Assembly (NCBI GenBank): GCA_963706045.1
Contig: CAVPLY010000002.1
Span: 159,134-223,133 of the forward strand
Source of the DNA: an uncultured Actinomycetota bacterium
Lineage (GTDB): Bacteria > Actinomycetota > Actinomycetes > JAHEKZ01
Length of the DNA stretch: 64,000 nucleotides
Direction of reading: 5' to 3'
Below are positions 36,114 to 48,308 of the stretch, in pieces; position 1 is the first letter of the stretch, and the number at the start of each line of letters is the position of its first letter. The notes under the pieces were generated by a model. It ran no database searches. It was not told where the DNA came from and saw only the letters and a list, made by a program, of their open reading frames with translations. Both the position numbers and the translations under genes were made by a program.

Positions 36114-37081
36114 GATTCCTCCTGATCTGGGGTGGTCTCCTGGCCGCTCGCTCGCCCCTTGCGCTGACTTCTGGGCTTGCGTTTGGGCTGTTTCCTGACC
36201 ACTTTGGGCTCGGGTTCGGGAGCTTCCTCCACCACCGTGGGGGCAACGCCACTGTGGCCGGCTTTACGTGCCGCTTTCTTCGCCTGACGTTCCTCCCACT
36301 CGGTGAACGCCTGGCTGCCGGGTGCTGGGTTGTTCCGGATGACGTAGTACTGCTGGCCCATCGACCAGAGGTTGGTCGTCAACCAGTAGATGAGGACACC
36401 GATCGGGAAGTTGATCCCGAACACGGCGAACATCAGCGGGAAGACGTACACGAGCAGCTTCTGCTGCTGCAGGAAGGGGTTGGAGTCTGCGTTCGAGATG
36501 CCCTTCACGAGCAGCTGCTTCTGCGTGATGAAGGTCGTCAGCGTCATGAAGGCGATTAGAACAAGTGAGACAATTCGGATGTTAAGGGTGGCGTCCACGT
36601 ACTGCGCGGCATCCATGAAGCTCGCCGAGATCGGCGCCCCGAAGATCGTGGCCTGCGCCGCCTGATCGACGAGCGGCTGCGTCATCGGACCGATCGGGTT
36701 GTCCTCGGCCACCCCGAAGCGCAGAACGTGGAAGAGCGCAAAGAAGATCGGCATCTGCAGCAGGATCGGCAGGCACGACGAGAAGGGGTTCGTCCCGTTC
36801 TCGCGGTACAGCTTCATCATCTCTTCGGACTGCTTCTGACGATCGTCCTTGTACCGCTTCTGGATCGCCTTGATCTCTGGCTGCAGGATCTGCAGCGCGC
36901 GTTGCGCCTTGATCTGCTTGACGAAGAGCGGGATCAGCAGGATCCGGATGACGACGACGAGCCCGACGATCGACAGTGCCCAGGCGGCGCCGCTCGTGGC
37001 CGGAAGGAAGAGGCTCCAGAAGGAGTGCCAGGTCACCAGGACCCAGGCGACGATCCAATAGAGCGGATCAAGCAGACCCAC
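36110..37081 (-). CDS. yidC: Membrane protein insertase YidC
   Basis: 323-aa ORF with motifs NPFSSCLPILLQMPIFFALFHVL and YWLTTNLWSMGQQYYV. Confidence 0.9.
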   Translation of the reverse strand: MGLLDPLYWIVAWVLVTWHSFWSLFLPATSGAAWALSIVGLVVVIRILLIPLFVKQIKAQRALQILQPEIKAIQKRYKDDRQKQSEEMMKLYRENGTNPFSSCLPILLQMPIFFALFHVLRFGVAEDNPIGPMTQPLVDQAAQATIFGAPISASFMDAAQYVDATLNIRIVSLVLIAFMTLTTFITQKQLLVKGISNADSNPFLQQQKLLVYVFPLMFAVFGINFPIGVLIYWLTTNLWSMGQQYYVIRNNPAPGSQAFTEWEERQAKKAARKAGHSGVAPTVVEEAPEPEPKVVRKQPKRKPRSQRKGRASGQETTPDQEES

Positions 37082-37084
37082 GGG

Positions 37085-37366
37085 CTACGCTCCTGTCACA
37101 GGGGACGCGGGCAGGTCGCTGCTCCGCGAGGTTCGGGGCGGGGGCACGTGGTCGACGCCCCCCGGCGTCCACGGGTGGCACCGCGCGAGTCGGCGCAGCG
37201 CCAACCATGAGCCGCGGAAAAGTCCGTGCGTCTTCAGAGCCTCTTCGGCGTACGCCGAGCACGAAGGGTAGTACCGACACGTCTGCGGGGTGAGGGGCGA
37301 GATCACCCGGCGGTAGACCCAGATCGGCGCGAGCGCGATGACGACGGCGATCCGCCTGACGCTCAT
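37085..37366 (-). CDS. yidD: Membrane protein insertion efficiency factor YidD
   Basis: 93-aa ORF containing [31 protein letters not shown]...RLARCHPW. Confidence 0.88.
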   Translation of the reverse strand: MSVRRIAVVIALAPIWVYRRVISPLTPQTCRYYPSCSAYAEEALKTHGLFRGSWLALRRLARCHPWTPGGVDHVPPPRTSRSSDLPASPVTGA

Positions 37367-37728
37367 GACTCCGCCTGCACGGGATCGGCAGTGCCTTGAA
37401 GCTGGCCGGCGGCGTGCGCGACATCACTGTCGAGGTCGGCGAACGTCGCCGATGCCGCTCGTGGCAACGCACGAACGACCACCAGGTCACCCGCCCGCCA
37501 AGCCTCGATGTGCGCTCTGCAGACGGCCCGGAGGCGGCGCGCCACCCGATGCCGGGCCACCGAGTTGCCGACCGACTTGCTGACGATCAGACCCACCCGA
37601 GGCGGTTCTGGGCACGCTGGCCTTGACCTCACGTGGAGAACCAGGGTCGGACGGGCCGCACGGCGGCCGCCACGGACGGCAGCGGTGAAATCAACGCTCC
37701 GTCGCATCCGGTGAACGGCAGGCAGCAC
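37363..37728 (-). CDS. rnpA: Ribonuclease P protein component
   Basis: 121-aa basic ORF containing [27 protein letters not shown]...[23 protein letters not shown]. Confidence 0.88.
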   Translation of the reverse strand: MLPAVHRMRRSVDFTAAVRGGRRAARPTLVLHVRSRPACPEPPRVGLIVSKSVGNSVARHRVARRLRAVCRAHIEAWRAGDLVVVRALPRAASATFADLDSDVAHAAGQLQGTADPVQAES

Positions 37729-37731
37729 CGG

Positions 37732-37869
37732 CTAGGCAGCGAGGCGAGCGCGGCCCTTACGGCGGCGCGAGGACAGAATCGACCGACCAGCGCGAGTGCG
37801 CATACGAAGTCGGAAGCCGTGGGTCTTGGCCCGACGACGGTTGTTGGGCTGGAACGTACGCTTCGACAC
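37732..37869 (-). CDS. rpmH: 50S ribosomal protein L34
   Basis: This is the last 45 codons of track ORF 37732-37998, from the GTG at 37869: [45 protein letters not shown]. Confidence 0.9.
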   Translation of the reverse strand: MSKRTFQPNNRRRAKTHGFRLRMRTRAGRSILSSRRRKGRARLAA

Positions 37870-38336
37870 GAGGAGCTCCGGTGATGACGGGTCGGGCAAG
37901 GCGGGGACTGCCCCCGCTGGGCGGTGGGGTAAGACGAGTGGGTCGATCAGTAGCACGCAACTGGACGCCAGCGGCGCCCAGAACAGCCTACGGTACAACG
38001 GACGACCCGGGCCAGGTCAAACCGGGCCCGATCCGGACACACATTTCGATAACTCCCCATCGTCTCAGACAATGATCTGGGGGCGGGGGAGACACGCCGC
38101 TCACCCCTCGCTACGGTGGTGGCTCGTTGTGGACAACCGCTAGACGCAACCTCAGGAGACCGGTAACGTCCGCCCGCGTCGTCAGAACGTGCGGGCCTCG
38201 GAGCCCATCGACCTCCAGGCGTCGTCACGCATCACCCACACCCTGTGGATGAACGTGTGGATCTAGGCTCTGACCTGCGATCTTTGGTTGTGGACAACCG
38301 ACCGCTGACAACTCGGGGAGAAGTGGAAAGGCACCT
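37870..38336. promoter_or_regulatory. rpmH-dnaA intergenic region with DnaA-box cluster (oriC-associated / dnaA promoter)
   Basis: TGTGGACAA (complement TTGTCCACA) occurs at 38128-38136 and 38289-38297, each inside an identical 14-mer GTTGTGGACAACCG. TGTGGATGA is at 38244-38252 and TGTGGATCT at 38256-38264. Confidence 0.7.
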
Positions 38337-39764
38337 GTGACCACGCAGACGCGCGACCTGACCACGGTGTGGAACCGGGTGCTCGACACCCTCGCGGACG
38401 AAGCGGGGCCTCAGGCCGGCGCCTTTCTCCGGTTGACCCGACCGGTCGGCGTCGTCGAAGACACCGCTCTGCTCGCCGCCCCGAATGAGTTCACCAAGGA
38501 CCTCATCGAGAGCCGGCTCCGACCACATGTCACCGAGGTGCTTTCGCGTGAGCTGGGCCGCGAGGTGCGGATCGCCGTCACCGTTGAACCTGAGCTTGCC
38601 GGTGACACCGCCTCTTCTGACGACGACGAGCTCGACGCCGAGACACTCGCCGCCGACGCCACGCGGGTCTCCAACGACCCATCGGGTCGACCGGGAACCG
38701 GCACTCCCGTCCCCCGTTTCGACTCCGACTCCCGGCTCAACCCGAAGTACACCTTCGACACGTTCGTGATCGGAGCCAGCAACCGCTTCGCGCATGCCGC
38801 AGCCGTCGCCGTGGCCGAAGCACCCGCCAAGGCCTACAACCCCCTTTTCATCTATGGCGGTTCGGGCCTGGGCAAGACTCACCTGCTGCATGCCATCGGC
38901 CACTACGCACGCAACCTCTACGCCGGAACCCGGGTTCTCTACGTCAGTTCCGAAGAGTTCACCAACGACTTCATCAACTCGATCCGCGACGACAAGGCCC
39001 AGGCGTTCCAACGCCGATATCGCGACATCGATGTGCTGCTCATTGACGACATCCAGTTCCTCCAGGGCCGGGTTCAGACCCAGGAAGAGTTCTTCCACAC
39101 GTTCAACACACTGCACACCGCCAACAAGCAGATCGTCATCACCAGCGATGTTTCGCCCCAACAGCTGTCCGGGTTCGAAGATCGCATGCGCACGCGCTTC
39201 ACCTGGGGACTCACCACCGACGTCCAGCCCCCCGACCTCGAGACCCGCATCGCCATCCTCCGCAAGAAAGCCGCCCAAGAGAAGCTGCAGGCACCCCCGG
39301 AGGTGCTGGAGTTCATCGCCAGCAAGATCGCGACCAACATCCGCGAGCTCGAGGGCGCGTTGATCCGCGTCACGGCGTTCGCCAGTCTCAACCGTCAGCC
39401 CGTCGACCTGTCACTCGCCGAGATCGTTCTCAAGGACCTCATCCCCGAGAGCAGTGGTCCGGAGGTCACCAGCGCATTGATCATGGCTCAGACCGCCGCA
39501 TACTTCGGGCTCACCCTCGACGATCTCTGTGGTTCAAGCCGCAGCCGAGTCCTGGTCAACGCTCGCCAGATCGCGATGTACCTGTGTCGAGAGCTCACCG
39601 ACCTGTCGCTGCCCAAGATCGGCCAGCAGTTCGGGGGTCGCGACCACACCACCGTCATGCATGCCGATCGCAAGATTCGGCAGTTGATGGCTGAGCGGCG
39701 CAGTGTCTACAACCAGGTGACCGAGCTCACCAACCGAATCAAGTCTCAGGCGCGGCAAGGATGA
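38337..39764 (+). CDS. dnaA: Chromosomal replication initiator protein DnaA
   Basis: 475-aa ORF (GTG start) with Walker [15 protein letters not shown] and AAA+ box LIDDIQFL. The C-terminal DNA-binding domain includes [15 protein letters not shown]. Confidence 0.96.
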   Translation: MTTQTRDLTTVWNRVLDTLADEAGPQAGAFLRLTRPVGVVEDTALLAAPNEFTKDLIESRLRPHVTEVLSRELGREVRIAVTVEPELAGDTASSDDDELDAETLAADATRVSNDPSGRPGTGTPVPRFDSDSRLNPKYTFDTFVIGASNRFAHAAAVAVAEAPAKAYNPLFIYGGSGLGKTHLLHAIGHYARNLYAGTRVLYVSSEEFTNDFINSIRDDKAQAFQRRYRDIDVLLIDDIQFLQGRVQTQEEFFHTFNTLHTANKQIVITSDVSPQQLSGFEDRMRTRFTWGLTTDVQPPDLETRIAILRKKAAQEKLQAPPEVLEFIASKIATNIRELEGALIRVTAFASLNRQPVDLSLAEIVLKDLIPESSGPEVTSALIMAQTAAYFGLTLDDLCGSSRSRVLVNARQIAMYLCRELTDLSLPKIGQQFGGRDHTTVMHADRKIRQLMAERRSVYNQVTELTNRIKSQARQG

Positions 39765-40155
39765 CCCGCGATCAACTCCCTTACGTGACGACGATCACGC
39801 TGGGTACACACCTTGGGGACAACCCTGTGGATGACACGCTACTTTCGGTGGCTTTCCTGGGGACGGACGGTGGATGTCGCCAGGCGTTCACCTCGCTGCC
39901 CACAGGCGGCCACCTTCGTGACACCCGAACGACACATCCTCCTGTGGACGCCACTCACCGCGCTGACCTGCGTCGATGCCCGTCGTCCCCAGTTTCCACC
40001 GCACCGACTACGACGACGAGTATATCTTCCTCACACCTACCAAACACCGCAGTAAGTCACATCCCGCTGGCCCATTATCGATCACATAGGGTGACGATCT
40101 TGACGCACGTACGCTCGTGCGTCTTGCATCAACCGTTCTGTTCCGGAGGATTTTC
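39765..40155. promoter_or_regulatory. dnaA-dnaN intergenic region: DnaA-box-like motifs plus lower-GC stretch (candidate oriC/DUE)
   Basis: TGGGGACAA 39814-39822, TGTGGATGA 39826-39834, GGTGGATGT 39869-39877 and TGTGGACGC 39943-39951. A visibly AT-richer segment spans about 40018-40105 (gagtatatcttcc...cccattatcgatcacataggg). Confidence 0.65.
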
Positions 40156-41304
40156 GTGAAGTTCCGCGTCGAACGCGACGTCTTCGCCGAGGCCGTCGCC
40201 TGGGCTGCGCGCAGCCTGCCCGCTCGTCCGCCGCTGCCGGTGCTCGCCGGCCTGCTCATTGACGCGCAGGATGGCGGGCTTATCCTCAGCTCGTTCGACT
40301 ACGAGGTCTCTGCTCGGGTCGAGGTTGAGGCAGAGGTGAGCGAACCCGGGTCGATCCTGGTCTCGGGTCGGCTTCTCGCCGACATCACCAGGAGCCTCCC
40401 TGACCGCCCGGTCGACATGACCACCGATGAGGGCGACCGCAAGGCACAGCTGCTGTGTGGAAGCTCCAAGTTCAGTTTGCAGACCTTGCCACGAGAGGAC
40501 TACCCCTCACTTCCGGTCATGCCTGACCCCGCCGGCACCTTGCCGGGCGACGTCTTCGCGGCCGCGGTCTCGCAGGTTGCTGTGGCGGTCGGTCGCGACG
40601 ACACCTTGCCGGTGCTCACCGGCATCCGGGTCGAGTTCGAAGCTGATCGCCTAGTGCTGGCGGCCACGGACCGGTACCGGCTGGCCGTGCGTGAACTTCA
40701 CTGGGCACCGGGACGCACCGACATGACGACCGTGGCACTCGTCCAGGGTCGGTCGTTGGCTGACACGGCGCGCGCCCTCGGTGACGCTGACTCGGTCACG
40801 ATCGCTCTGACCGGTAGCGGTTCTGGAGAAGGCCTCATTGGTTTCGAGGGATCGGCAGGCAAAGAGAGCCGACGCACCACCAACCGCTTGCTCGACGGCG
40901 AGTTCCCGAAGTACCGCGCACTCTTGCCGTCGGAGTCCAGCTCGGTGGCGGTCATCGAGTCTGCGTCTCTGCTCGAGACGGTGAAGCGTGTGGCCTTGGT
41001 GGCAGACCGCAACACACCAGTTCGACTGGCGTTCGCCGACGGACAGCTGGTTGTCGAGGCCGGAGCCGGCGACGAGGCGCAAGCGGTCGAGAGCCTCAAC
41101 TGCGTGTACACCGGCGATGAGCTCACGATTGCGTTCAACCCCCAGTTCCTGCAAGAGGGCATCGCCGCGCTGGGGACGGCCTATACCGAGATCTCGTTCA
41201 CCACGTCCACAAAGCCCGCAGTCATCGCTGGTCGAATCGATCCAGAGTCTCCAAGCGACGGCAGTTATCGGTACCTGATCATGCCGGTGCGTCTGTCCGG
41301 CTGA
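40156..41304 (+). CDS. dnaN: DNA polymerase III beta sliding clamp
   Basis: In-frame GTG at 40156 of track ORF 40117-41304. The sequence [35 protein letters not shown]... is a typical DnaN N-terminus. Confidence 0.92.
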   Translation: MKFRVERDVFAEAVAWAARSLPARPPLPVLAGLLIDAQDGGLILSSFDYEVSARVEVEAEVSEPGSILVSGRLLADITRSLPDRPVDMTTDEGDRKAQLLCGSSKFSLQTLPREDYPSLPVMPDPAGTLPGDVFAAAVSQVAVAVGRDDTLPVLTGIRVEFEADRLVLAATDRYRLAVRELHWAPGRTDMTTVALVQGRSLADTARALGDADSVTIALTGSGSGEGLIGFEGSAGKESRRTTNRLLDGEFPKYRALLPSESSSVAVIESASLLETVKRVALVADRNTPVRLAFADGQLVVEAGAGDEAQAVESLNCVYTGDELTIAFNPQFLQEGIAALGTAYTEISFTTSTKPAVIAGRIDPESPSDGSYRYLIMPVRLSG

Positions 41305-41314
41305 TCTGACAGCG

Positions 41315-42463
41315 GTGTACGTCACGGCAATCGAACTGGTCGATTTTCGGTCATACGAGCATGTTGAACTCTCACTCAACGCTGGGGTCACCGTCCTAGT
41401 CGGCCGTAACGGTCAGGGAAAGACGAACGTCGTCGAGGCACTCGGCTACCTGGCCACACTCAGCAGCCATCGGGTGGCGTCCGACCAGCCCCTGGTCCGC
41501 CACGATGCAAAGGTCGCAGTGGTACGTGCAGCCGTAGAACGCACGGGTCGACGCCTGCTGCTGGAGATTGAGGTCGTGCCAGGTAAGAGCAACAGAGCTC
41601 GCATCAACAAGTCGCCGTTGCCTCGCCCTCGCGAACTGCTGGGTGTTCTTCGTACCGTGATGTTTGCGCCAGAAGACCTGACCTTGGTGCGAGGTGACCC
41701 AGACGCGCGGCGGAGTTTCCTGGACGAGCTGATGACGCTCCGAACGCCGCGGCTTGCAGGAGTCAAGGCCGACTTCGAACGCACGTTGAAGCAGCGAAAC
41801 GCACTACTGAAGAGCGCCATGGGAACCAGGGGTTCCTTCGACGCGAGCACTCTCGCCGTATGGAACGACCACCTTGTGCAGCTGGGCAGCGAGTTGCTCC
41901 ATGAGCGACTGACCCTCGTGTCCGACCTTCACGGTCCGGTACGCGATGCGTACGCAGATCTCGCTCCGGCTGGAGGAGAGGCCCGCTTGGACTACCGGGC
42001 GTCGTGGACCGGTGCGCCTCCCCTCGACCCTCAGCGATCGAGAGAGGCGATCGCCGAGGAGTTTCGTGATTCGCTGCAACGAGTTGAGAAAGATGAGCTG
42101 CAGCGCGGAGTGACACTCGTCGGACCACACCGCGACGATCTCGTTCTGCTGCTGGGCGACCACCCGGCCAAGGGTTATGCCTCACACGGTGAATCGTGGT
42201 CCATGGTTCTTGCGCTGCGGCTGGCCTCGTTCGAGCTTCTACGGATCGATGGAGACGATCCTGTGCTCATCCTCGACGACGTGTTCGCCGAACTGGACTC
42301 GACGCGTCGCGAGCGACTGGCTCAGATGGTGGTTGGTGCCGAGCAAGTTCTCGTGACGGCGGCGGTCGCTGACGACATCCCTCGCACCTTGTCCGGGGAT
42401 CGGTTTACTGTCGACTCTGGACACATCACTGCGGATCAATCCGAGGGACGGGGGTCAGCATGA
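41315..42463 (+). CDS. recF: DNA replication and repair protein RecF
   Basis: 382-aa ORF (GTG start) with [19 protein letters not shown], Walker [14 protein letters not shown], and [11 protein letters not shown]. Confidence 0.92.
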   Translation: MYVTAIELVDFRSYEHVELSLNAGVTVLVGRNGQGKTNVVEALGYLATLSSHRVASDQPLVRHDAKVAVVRAAVERTGRRLLLEIEVVPGKSNRARINKSPLPRPRELLGVLRTVMFAPEDLTLVRGDPDARRSFLDELMTLRTPRLAGVKADFERTLKQRNALLKSAMGTRGSFDASTLAVWNDHLVQLGSELLHERLTLVSDLHGPVRDAYADLAPAGGEARLDYRASWTGAPPLDPQRSREAIAEEFRDSLQRVEKDELQRGVTLVGPHRDDLVLLLGDHPAKGYASHGESWSMVLALRLASFELLRIDGDDPVLILDDVFAELDSTRRERLAQMVVGAEQVLVTAAVADDIPRTLSGDRFTVDSGHITADQSEGRGSA

Positions 42464-43017
42464 GCAGCGACTCGGCAGACGCTGACCGACCAGTCGACGA
42501 GACGCAGGCCCCCAAGGGGGCTGATCCCGAGCCCGATCTGTCGGTGTCGCTACTCGCTCAGGTCAGAGCCGCGTCCAAGGCTGCTCCCCGGCGTCCACAT
42601 GCTCGACCGCGGCGCCGGCGCCCCGTTGACCCAGGTGACTACTCAGGGGCCGCTCCTGATGACCGCGACCCGCAGTCGATCGCACGATCGGTTGATGATC
42701 TGGTCGGAGAGCGTGGCTGGACGGCACCACTGGCCGTCGGCGGCGTCGAGGGGCGATGGCCCGAGATCGTCGGAGCCGATGTTGCCCAGCACTGCATCCC
42801 CGAGCAGTTCGAGGCCGGCAAGCTCACGGTTCGTGCAGATTCGACGGCGTGGGCGACCCAGGTCCGCATGTTGGCCCCCACTCTGCTCGCTCGCCTCAAC
42901 GACGACCTTGGCGCTGGCACGGTCACTCATCTGCAGGTGCTGGGGCCTCAGGGTCCGTCCTGGAAAAAGGGAAAGCTGCGGGTCAAAGGACGCGGGCCGC
43001 GCGACACCTACGGCTAG
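42460..43017 (+). CDS. DUF721-domain protein (Rv0004/DciA-like)
   Basis: 185-aa ORF in the conserved slot between recF and gyrB. The C-terminal part, [48 protein letters not shown], is typical of DUF721. Confidence 0.65.
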   Translation: MSSDSADADRPVDETQAPKGADPEPDLSVSLLAQVRAASKAAPRRPHARPRRRRPVDPGDYSGAAPDDRDPQSIARSVDDLVGERGWTAPLAVGGVEGRWPEIVGADVAQHCIPEQFEAGKLTVRADSTAWATQVRMLAPTLLARLNDDLGAGTVTHLQVLGPQGPSWKKGKLRVKGRGPRDTYG

Positions 43018-43263
43018 TCGGCCGCGACCGCCGCAGACGCAGCAGAACGCGCATTTTCAGCCATCCGCGTATGGAGGGTCGTCCCCCCGCGTGCAGGCCT
43101 CACCAGACGGGCGCCACGGGCTGCGAATAGGCATTCTGACGGTGATACCAGGTAGAATCAGATCCTTGATCTGACCGGTTTTGTGCACCGCCTCACCCCT
43201 CACCTTGGGCCGCTCCGCAGCACTCCCGCTGAGCACGGAGTGGCCCTTGAACGGAGTCCACCG

Positions 43264-45249
43264 TTGTCCTACGACGCCACTGACATCCAGGTCCTCGAGG
43301 GTCTTGATGCAGTACGCAAACGCCCCGGCATGTACATCGGCTCCACCGGTGAGCGTGGTCTTCACCACCTGGTCTACGAGGTGGTCGACAACTCCGTCGA
43401 CGAGGCGATGGCGGGGTACGCAGACCGGATTTCGGTCACCCTGCGCCGTGATGGCTCAGTCACTGTCGTCGACAACGGCCGCGGCATTCCGGTCGACGAG
43501 CACCCGGTCGAGAAGCGGCCGGCAGTCGAGGTCGTGCTCACGGTTCTGCACGCTGGGGGCAAGTTCGGCGGCGGCGGCTACTCGGTGTCTGGCGGGCTGC
43601 ACGGTGTCGGCGTCTCGGTGGTCAACGCGCTCTCGACCAAGCTCGAAGTCGAGGTGCATCGCGACGGACACGTGTGGCGCCAGACGTATGAGCACGGTGT
43701 TCCCTCCGCTCCCCTGGCAAAGGGTGAGGCCACCGACATCACGGGCACCCGCGTCACCTACTGGGCCGACGACGAGATCTTCGACGACGTCGTCTACTCG
43801 TTCGACACGTTGTCGCGCCGTTTCCAAGAGATGGCCTTTCTCAACCGCGCGCTCACGCTTGAGCTGATCGACGAGCGCGATCCGGTCAGTGCTGTTGACG
43901 GAACTGCGGTCGAAGGTGTTGACGAAGAAGAGGAAGACTCACGCCACGTCGTCTACTACTACGAAGGCGGCATCGCCGACTTCGTGCGGCACATCAACGC
44001 CCGCAGCAAGTCCGGCCCCGTGCACTCCAAGGTCGTCGAGTACGGCGCCGAAGACGACGATCTCGGCATGAGTCTTGAAGTCGCCATGCAGTGGAATGGC
44101 GACTACATCGAGGGTCTGCACACCTTCGCCAACACCATCAACACCCATGAAGGTGGTGCTCACGAAGAGGGCTTCCGCACGTCGCTGACGTCGCTCGTCA
44201 ACCGATATGCGCGTGAGCGATGGAACCTGCTCAAGGACAAAGACCCGAACCTGTCGGGCGAAGACATTCGCGAGGGTCTGACGGCGATTGTCTCGATCAA
44301 GCTGCGCGAGCCCCAGTTCGAGGGACAGACCAAGACGAAGCTCGGCAATGCCGAGGCGAAGACCTTTGTGCAGAAGGTCACCAATGAGCAGCTGTCGGCC
44401 TGGTTCGACGCCAACCCGGCTGAGGGCAAAGAAATCGCGCGCAAGTCCATCAACGCGGCGACCGCTCGGATTGCGGCCCGCAAGGCTCGCGATCTGGCGC
44501 GCAACCGTAAAGGGCTGCTGGGTGGCGGGGGACTTCCCGGCAAGCTGATCGACTGCTCGTCGAACGTGCCGGAAGAGTGCGAGCTCTTCGTCGTCGAGGG
44601 TGACTCAGCCGGTGGCAGCGCACGGAACGGGCGCAACCCACAGACGCAGGCGATCCTGCCGATCCGCGGAAAGATCCTCAACGTCGAGAAGGCCCGCATC
44701 GACCGAGTTCTGCAGAACAACGAAGTGCAGGCGATGATCTCGGCGCTCGGCACGGGCGTCCACGAAGAGTTCGATCTCGCGAAGCTGCGATATCACAAGG
44801 TCGTGCTGATGGCCGACGCCGACGTCGATGGGCAGCACATTCGTACGCTTCTGCTGACCCTGCTCTTCCGATTCATGCGGCCGCTCATCGAAGAGGGATA
44901 CGTCTACCTTGCACAGCCGCCGCTCTTCAAGATCAAGTGGTCACGTGAAGACGCTGACTACGCCTACACCGACCGGGAACGCGCAGCGCTGATGGAGGCT
45001 GGCGTTGCAGCCGGACGAAAGCTTCCGAAAGAAGAGGGCATTCAGCGCTACAAGGGCCTCGGTGAGATGAATGCCGACGAGCTGTGGGAGACCACTATGG
45101 ACGCCGACCGCCGTGTACTCCTTCAAGTGACCCTTGAAGACGCCATCCAGGCTGACGAGACCTTTGCGACGTTGATGGGTGAAGACGTCGAGGCCCGACG
45201 CAAGTTCATTCAACGCAATGCCCGCGACGTGCGCTTCCTCGACATCTAG
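43264..45249 (+). CDS. gyrB: DNA gyrase subunit B
   Basis: The track ORF is 43183-45249. The start is uncertain: TTG 43264 has GGAG 7 nt upstream, with alternatives GTG 43240 and GTG 43183. Motifs include [34 protein letters not shown], the Toprim motif [14 protein letters not shown], and a C-terminal [12 protein letters not shown]. Confidence 0.95.
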   Translation: MSYDATDIQVLEGLDAVRKRPGMYIGSTGERGLHHLVYEVVDNSVDEAMAGYADRISVTLRRDGSVTVVDNGRGIPVDEHPVEKRPAVEVVLTVLHAGGKFGGGGYSVSGGLHGVGVSVVNALSTKLEVEVHRDGHVWRQTYEHGVPSAPLAKGEATDITGTRVTYWADDEIFDDVVYSFDTLSRRFQEMAFLNRALTLELIDERDPVSAVDGTAVEGVDEEEEDSRHVVYYYEGGIADFVRHINARSKSGPVHSKVVEYGAEDDDLGMSLEVAMQWNGDYIEGLHTFANTINTHEGGAHEEGFRTSLTSLVNRYARERWNLLKDKDPNLSGEDIREGLTAIVSIKLREPQFEGQTKTKLGNAEAKTFVQKVTNEQLSAWFDANPAEGKEIARKSINAATARIAARKARDLARNRKGLLGGGGLPGKLIDCSSNVPEECELFVVEGDSAGGSARNGRNPQTQAILPIRGKILNVEKARIDRVLQNNEVQAMISALGTGVHEEFDLAKLRYHKVVLMADADVDGQHIRTLLLTLLFRFMRPLIEEGYVYLAQPPLFKIKWSREDADYAYTDRERAALMEAGVAAGRKLPKEEGIQRYKGLGEMNADELWETTMDADRRVLLQVTLEDAIQADETFATLMGEDVEARRKFIQRNARDVRFLDI

Positions 45250-45296
45250 CCCAAACGCTCCCCCATCCATCGACACCCACCGAACAAGGACCCCAG

Positions 45297-47832
45297 GTGA
45301 CTGAGACCACCGACATGCCAGGCCCGGGCGGGCGCATCGAGCCTGTCGACCTTGAGGTCGAGATGCAGCGCTCGTACCTCGACTACGCCATGAGCGTGAT
45401 CGTGTCGCGCGCGCTGCCCGACGTGCGCGACGGGCTCAAGCCCGTGCACCGCCGCGTCATCTACGCGATGTACGACGGTGGCTACCGTCCAGACCGCAAC
45501 TTCAGCAAATGCGCGCGCATAGTGGGTGCCGTCATGGGTGACTACCACCCCCATGGCGACAACGCGATCTACGACACGTTGGTGCGCCTCGCGCAACCGT
45601 GGGCGTTGCGCTACCCGCTGGTCCAGGGGCAGGGCAACTTCGGATCGCCGGGGAACGATGCCGCCGCCGCGATGCGTTACACCGAGGCACGCATGGCACC
45701 GCTCGCCATGGAGATGGTCCGCGACATCGACGAAGACACCGTCGACTTCGCGCCCAACTACGACGGCCGCACGCAAGAGCCCACCATCTTGCCAAGTCGA
45801 TTTCCCAACTTGCTCGTCAACGGCAGCGCCGGCATTGCCGTCGGTATGGCAACCAACATCCCGCCGCACAACCTGCGCGAGGTCGCGTCGGGCGTCCAGT
45901 GGGCGCTCCAGAACCCGCAAGCGCTCGCGCGAAGAGCTGCTCGAGGCCCTGCTCGAGCGGATTCAGGGACCCGACTTCCCGACCGGGTCCCTCATCGTTG
46001 GCAAGCGCGGCATTGACGACGCCTACCGCACCGGCCGCGGACTCATCACCATGCGCGCGGTCGTCGAGGTCGAAGAGATCCAGAACCGGGTCTGCCTGGT
46101 TATTTCGCAGTTGCCGTACCAGGCCAACCCAGACAACCTCGCGCTGAAGATCGCCGACCTCGTCAACACTGGGAAGCTTCAGGGCATTGCCGACCTACGC
46201 GACGACTCGTCGTCCCGCACCGGCATGCGCATCATTGTCGTGCTCAAGCGCGACGCGGTGGCCAAGGTTGTTCTCAACAACTTGTACAAGCACACCCAGC
46301 TGCAGGAGACGTTCGGCGCCAACATGCTGGCGCTCGTCGACGGCGTTCCTCGCACGTTGACCCTCGATCAGTTCGTCACCAACTGGGTCGCGCACCAGAT
46401 CGAGGTCATCCAACGGCGCACCCGCTACCGGCTCCGCAAGGCCGAAGAGCGCGCACACATCCTGCGCGCACTCCTCAAGGCCCTCGATGCGCTCGACCAG
46501 GTGATCGCGCTGATTCGAGCCAGCGCCACCGTTGATGATGCCCGCACTGGGCTGATGGAGCTGCTCGAGATCGACGAGGTGCAAGCCACGGCCATCCTCG
46601 ACATGCAGCTGCGTCGCCTCGCGGCGCTTGAGCGCAAGAAGATCACCGACGAGTACGACGACCTGATGTCGCGAATTGCCGACTACAACGACATCCTTGC
46701 CAACGAAGCCCGGCAGCGTTCGATCGTTGGCGACGAGCTTGCTGAGATCGTCGACAAGTACGGCGACGAACGGCGCACAGAAATCATCCCGTTCGACGGC
46801 GACATGTCCATCGAGGACCTCATTGCCGAAGAAGACTTGGTCATCACGATCACCCGCGACGGGTATGCCAAGCGCACCAAGGCCGACCTCTATCGCGCTC
46901 AGCACCGCGGGGGAAAGGGTGTCCGCGGCGCAGCGCTCAAACAGGACGACATCGTCGAGCACTTCTTCACGACGACGACGCATCACTGGATTCTGTTCTT
47001 CACGAATCAGGGTCGTGTCTACCGCGCCAAGGCCTTTGAGCTTCCCGACGCCGGCCGCGATGCGCGTGGACAACACGTCGCCAACTTGTTGGCATTCCAG
47101 CCCGATGAGCAGATCGCTCAGGTTCTCGACCTCAAGGACTACGAGCAGGCTCCCTATCTGGTGTTGGGCACACGTGGTGGCATGGTCAAGAAGACCAAGC
47201 TCTCCGAGTACGACTCGAACCGCAGCGGTGGGGTGATTGCCATCAATCTGCGTGACGACGACGAGGTGATCTCCGCACTCCTGTGTAGTGCTGACGACGA
47301 CCTGATGTTGGTGTCGCGCAAGGGCCAGTCCGTGCGTTTCCACTCCGATGACGCCACGCTACGGCCTATGGCTCGGGCGACCCAGGGCGTTATCGGCATG
47401 AAGTTCCGCGGTGCCGACCACCTCCTTGCGATGGATGTTGCTCGCGACGACTCGTATCTCGTGACCGTCACAGACGGTGGTTTTGCCAAACGCACCTCCC
47501 TCACGGAGTGGACACCCAAGGGGCGAGGCATTCTGGGCGTCAAGGCGATGAGACTGGCGAACGCCGAGCGCGGCTCGTTGGTGGGTGCCCTCGTGGCACA
47601 CGAGGGCGACGAGGTCTTCGCCATCAAGTCCAGTGGCGAAGTCATCCGTACCTCAGTCGGTGAGATCCGAGCGACCGGACGCGACACCATGGGCGTCACG
47701 CTCACCTCGGTGGGCGACGGAGACGCAGTGGTCGCGGTCACGCGCAACGCCGAAGCTGACATCGGCGACGAAGGTGAGTTGCTTGCTGAGTCCTCAGCAG
47801 AGGTTGGTTTAGAGGAAGAACCGACCCAATGA
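45297..47832 (+). CDS. gyrA: DNA gyrase subunit A; single-base frame interruption near 45924 in this sequence
   Basis: The N-terminal 209 residues are in track ORF 45297-46016 (catalytic [11 protein letters not shown]). The remainder is in ORF 45526-47832 ([26 protein letters not shown]...). The frames join if one base around gcg-c-tcg (45921-45927) is removed. Confidence 0.9.
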
Positions 47833-48308
47833 CCACGACGAGCAGTGGGCGTCCGGGTGGTGCCAACAGTCCGCAGCCGGCCGCTCAAAGCCCGGCCGTC
47901 TCCGGTTCGGGTGTCGTCGTTCCGTCGTCTGGCACCCCCGTTGCACGGCAGCGGCGTCTGAAACTGACGGTCACACGCGTCGACCCATGGACGGTTCTGC
48001 GACTGTCCTTCTTGCTCAGTATTGCCACGGCGGTCATCACGGTGGTCGCCCTGATGGTGCTGTGGTCGATGCTGGCCAGCGCGGGGGTCTTCGACTCGGT
48101 CGACGGCACGCTCGACTCGGTGCTCGGCGACGGCGCGCTGACCGTCACGCAGTACTTCAGTTTCGGCCGCGTCCTGTCGGTGTCGCTGCTGATCGGGGCG
48201 ATCGACGTGGTCCTGATCACGGCCCTGGCCACCATCGGCGCCTTTCTCTTCAACCTTGCTGCCAGCCTGGTCGGCGGCCTCGAGGTGTCCGTCACTGATG
48301 AGAGCTGA
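47829..48308 (+). CDS. DUF3566-like transmembrane protein (Rv0007 position)
   Basis: 159-aa ORF overlapping the gyrA stop by 4 nt. It contains [21 protein letters not shown] and two TM segments. Confidence 0.6.
   Translation: MTTTSSGRPGGANSPQPAAQSPAVSGSGVVVPSSGTPVARQRRLKLTVTRVDPWTVLRLSFLLSIATAVITVVALMVLWSMLASAGVFDSVDGTLDSVLGDGALTVTQYFSFGRVLSVSLLIGAIDVVLITALATIGAFLFNLAASLVGGLEVSVTDES

Noticed and set aside
38232-39278. 348-aa minus-strand ORF
   Set aside because: It is antisense to dnaA. This is a shadow ORF of high-GC codon bias with no motifs.
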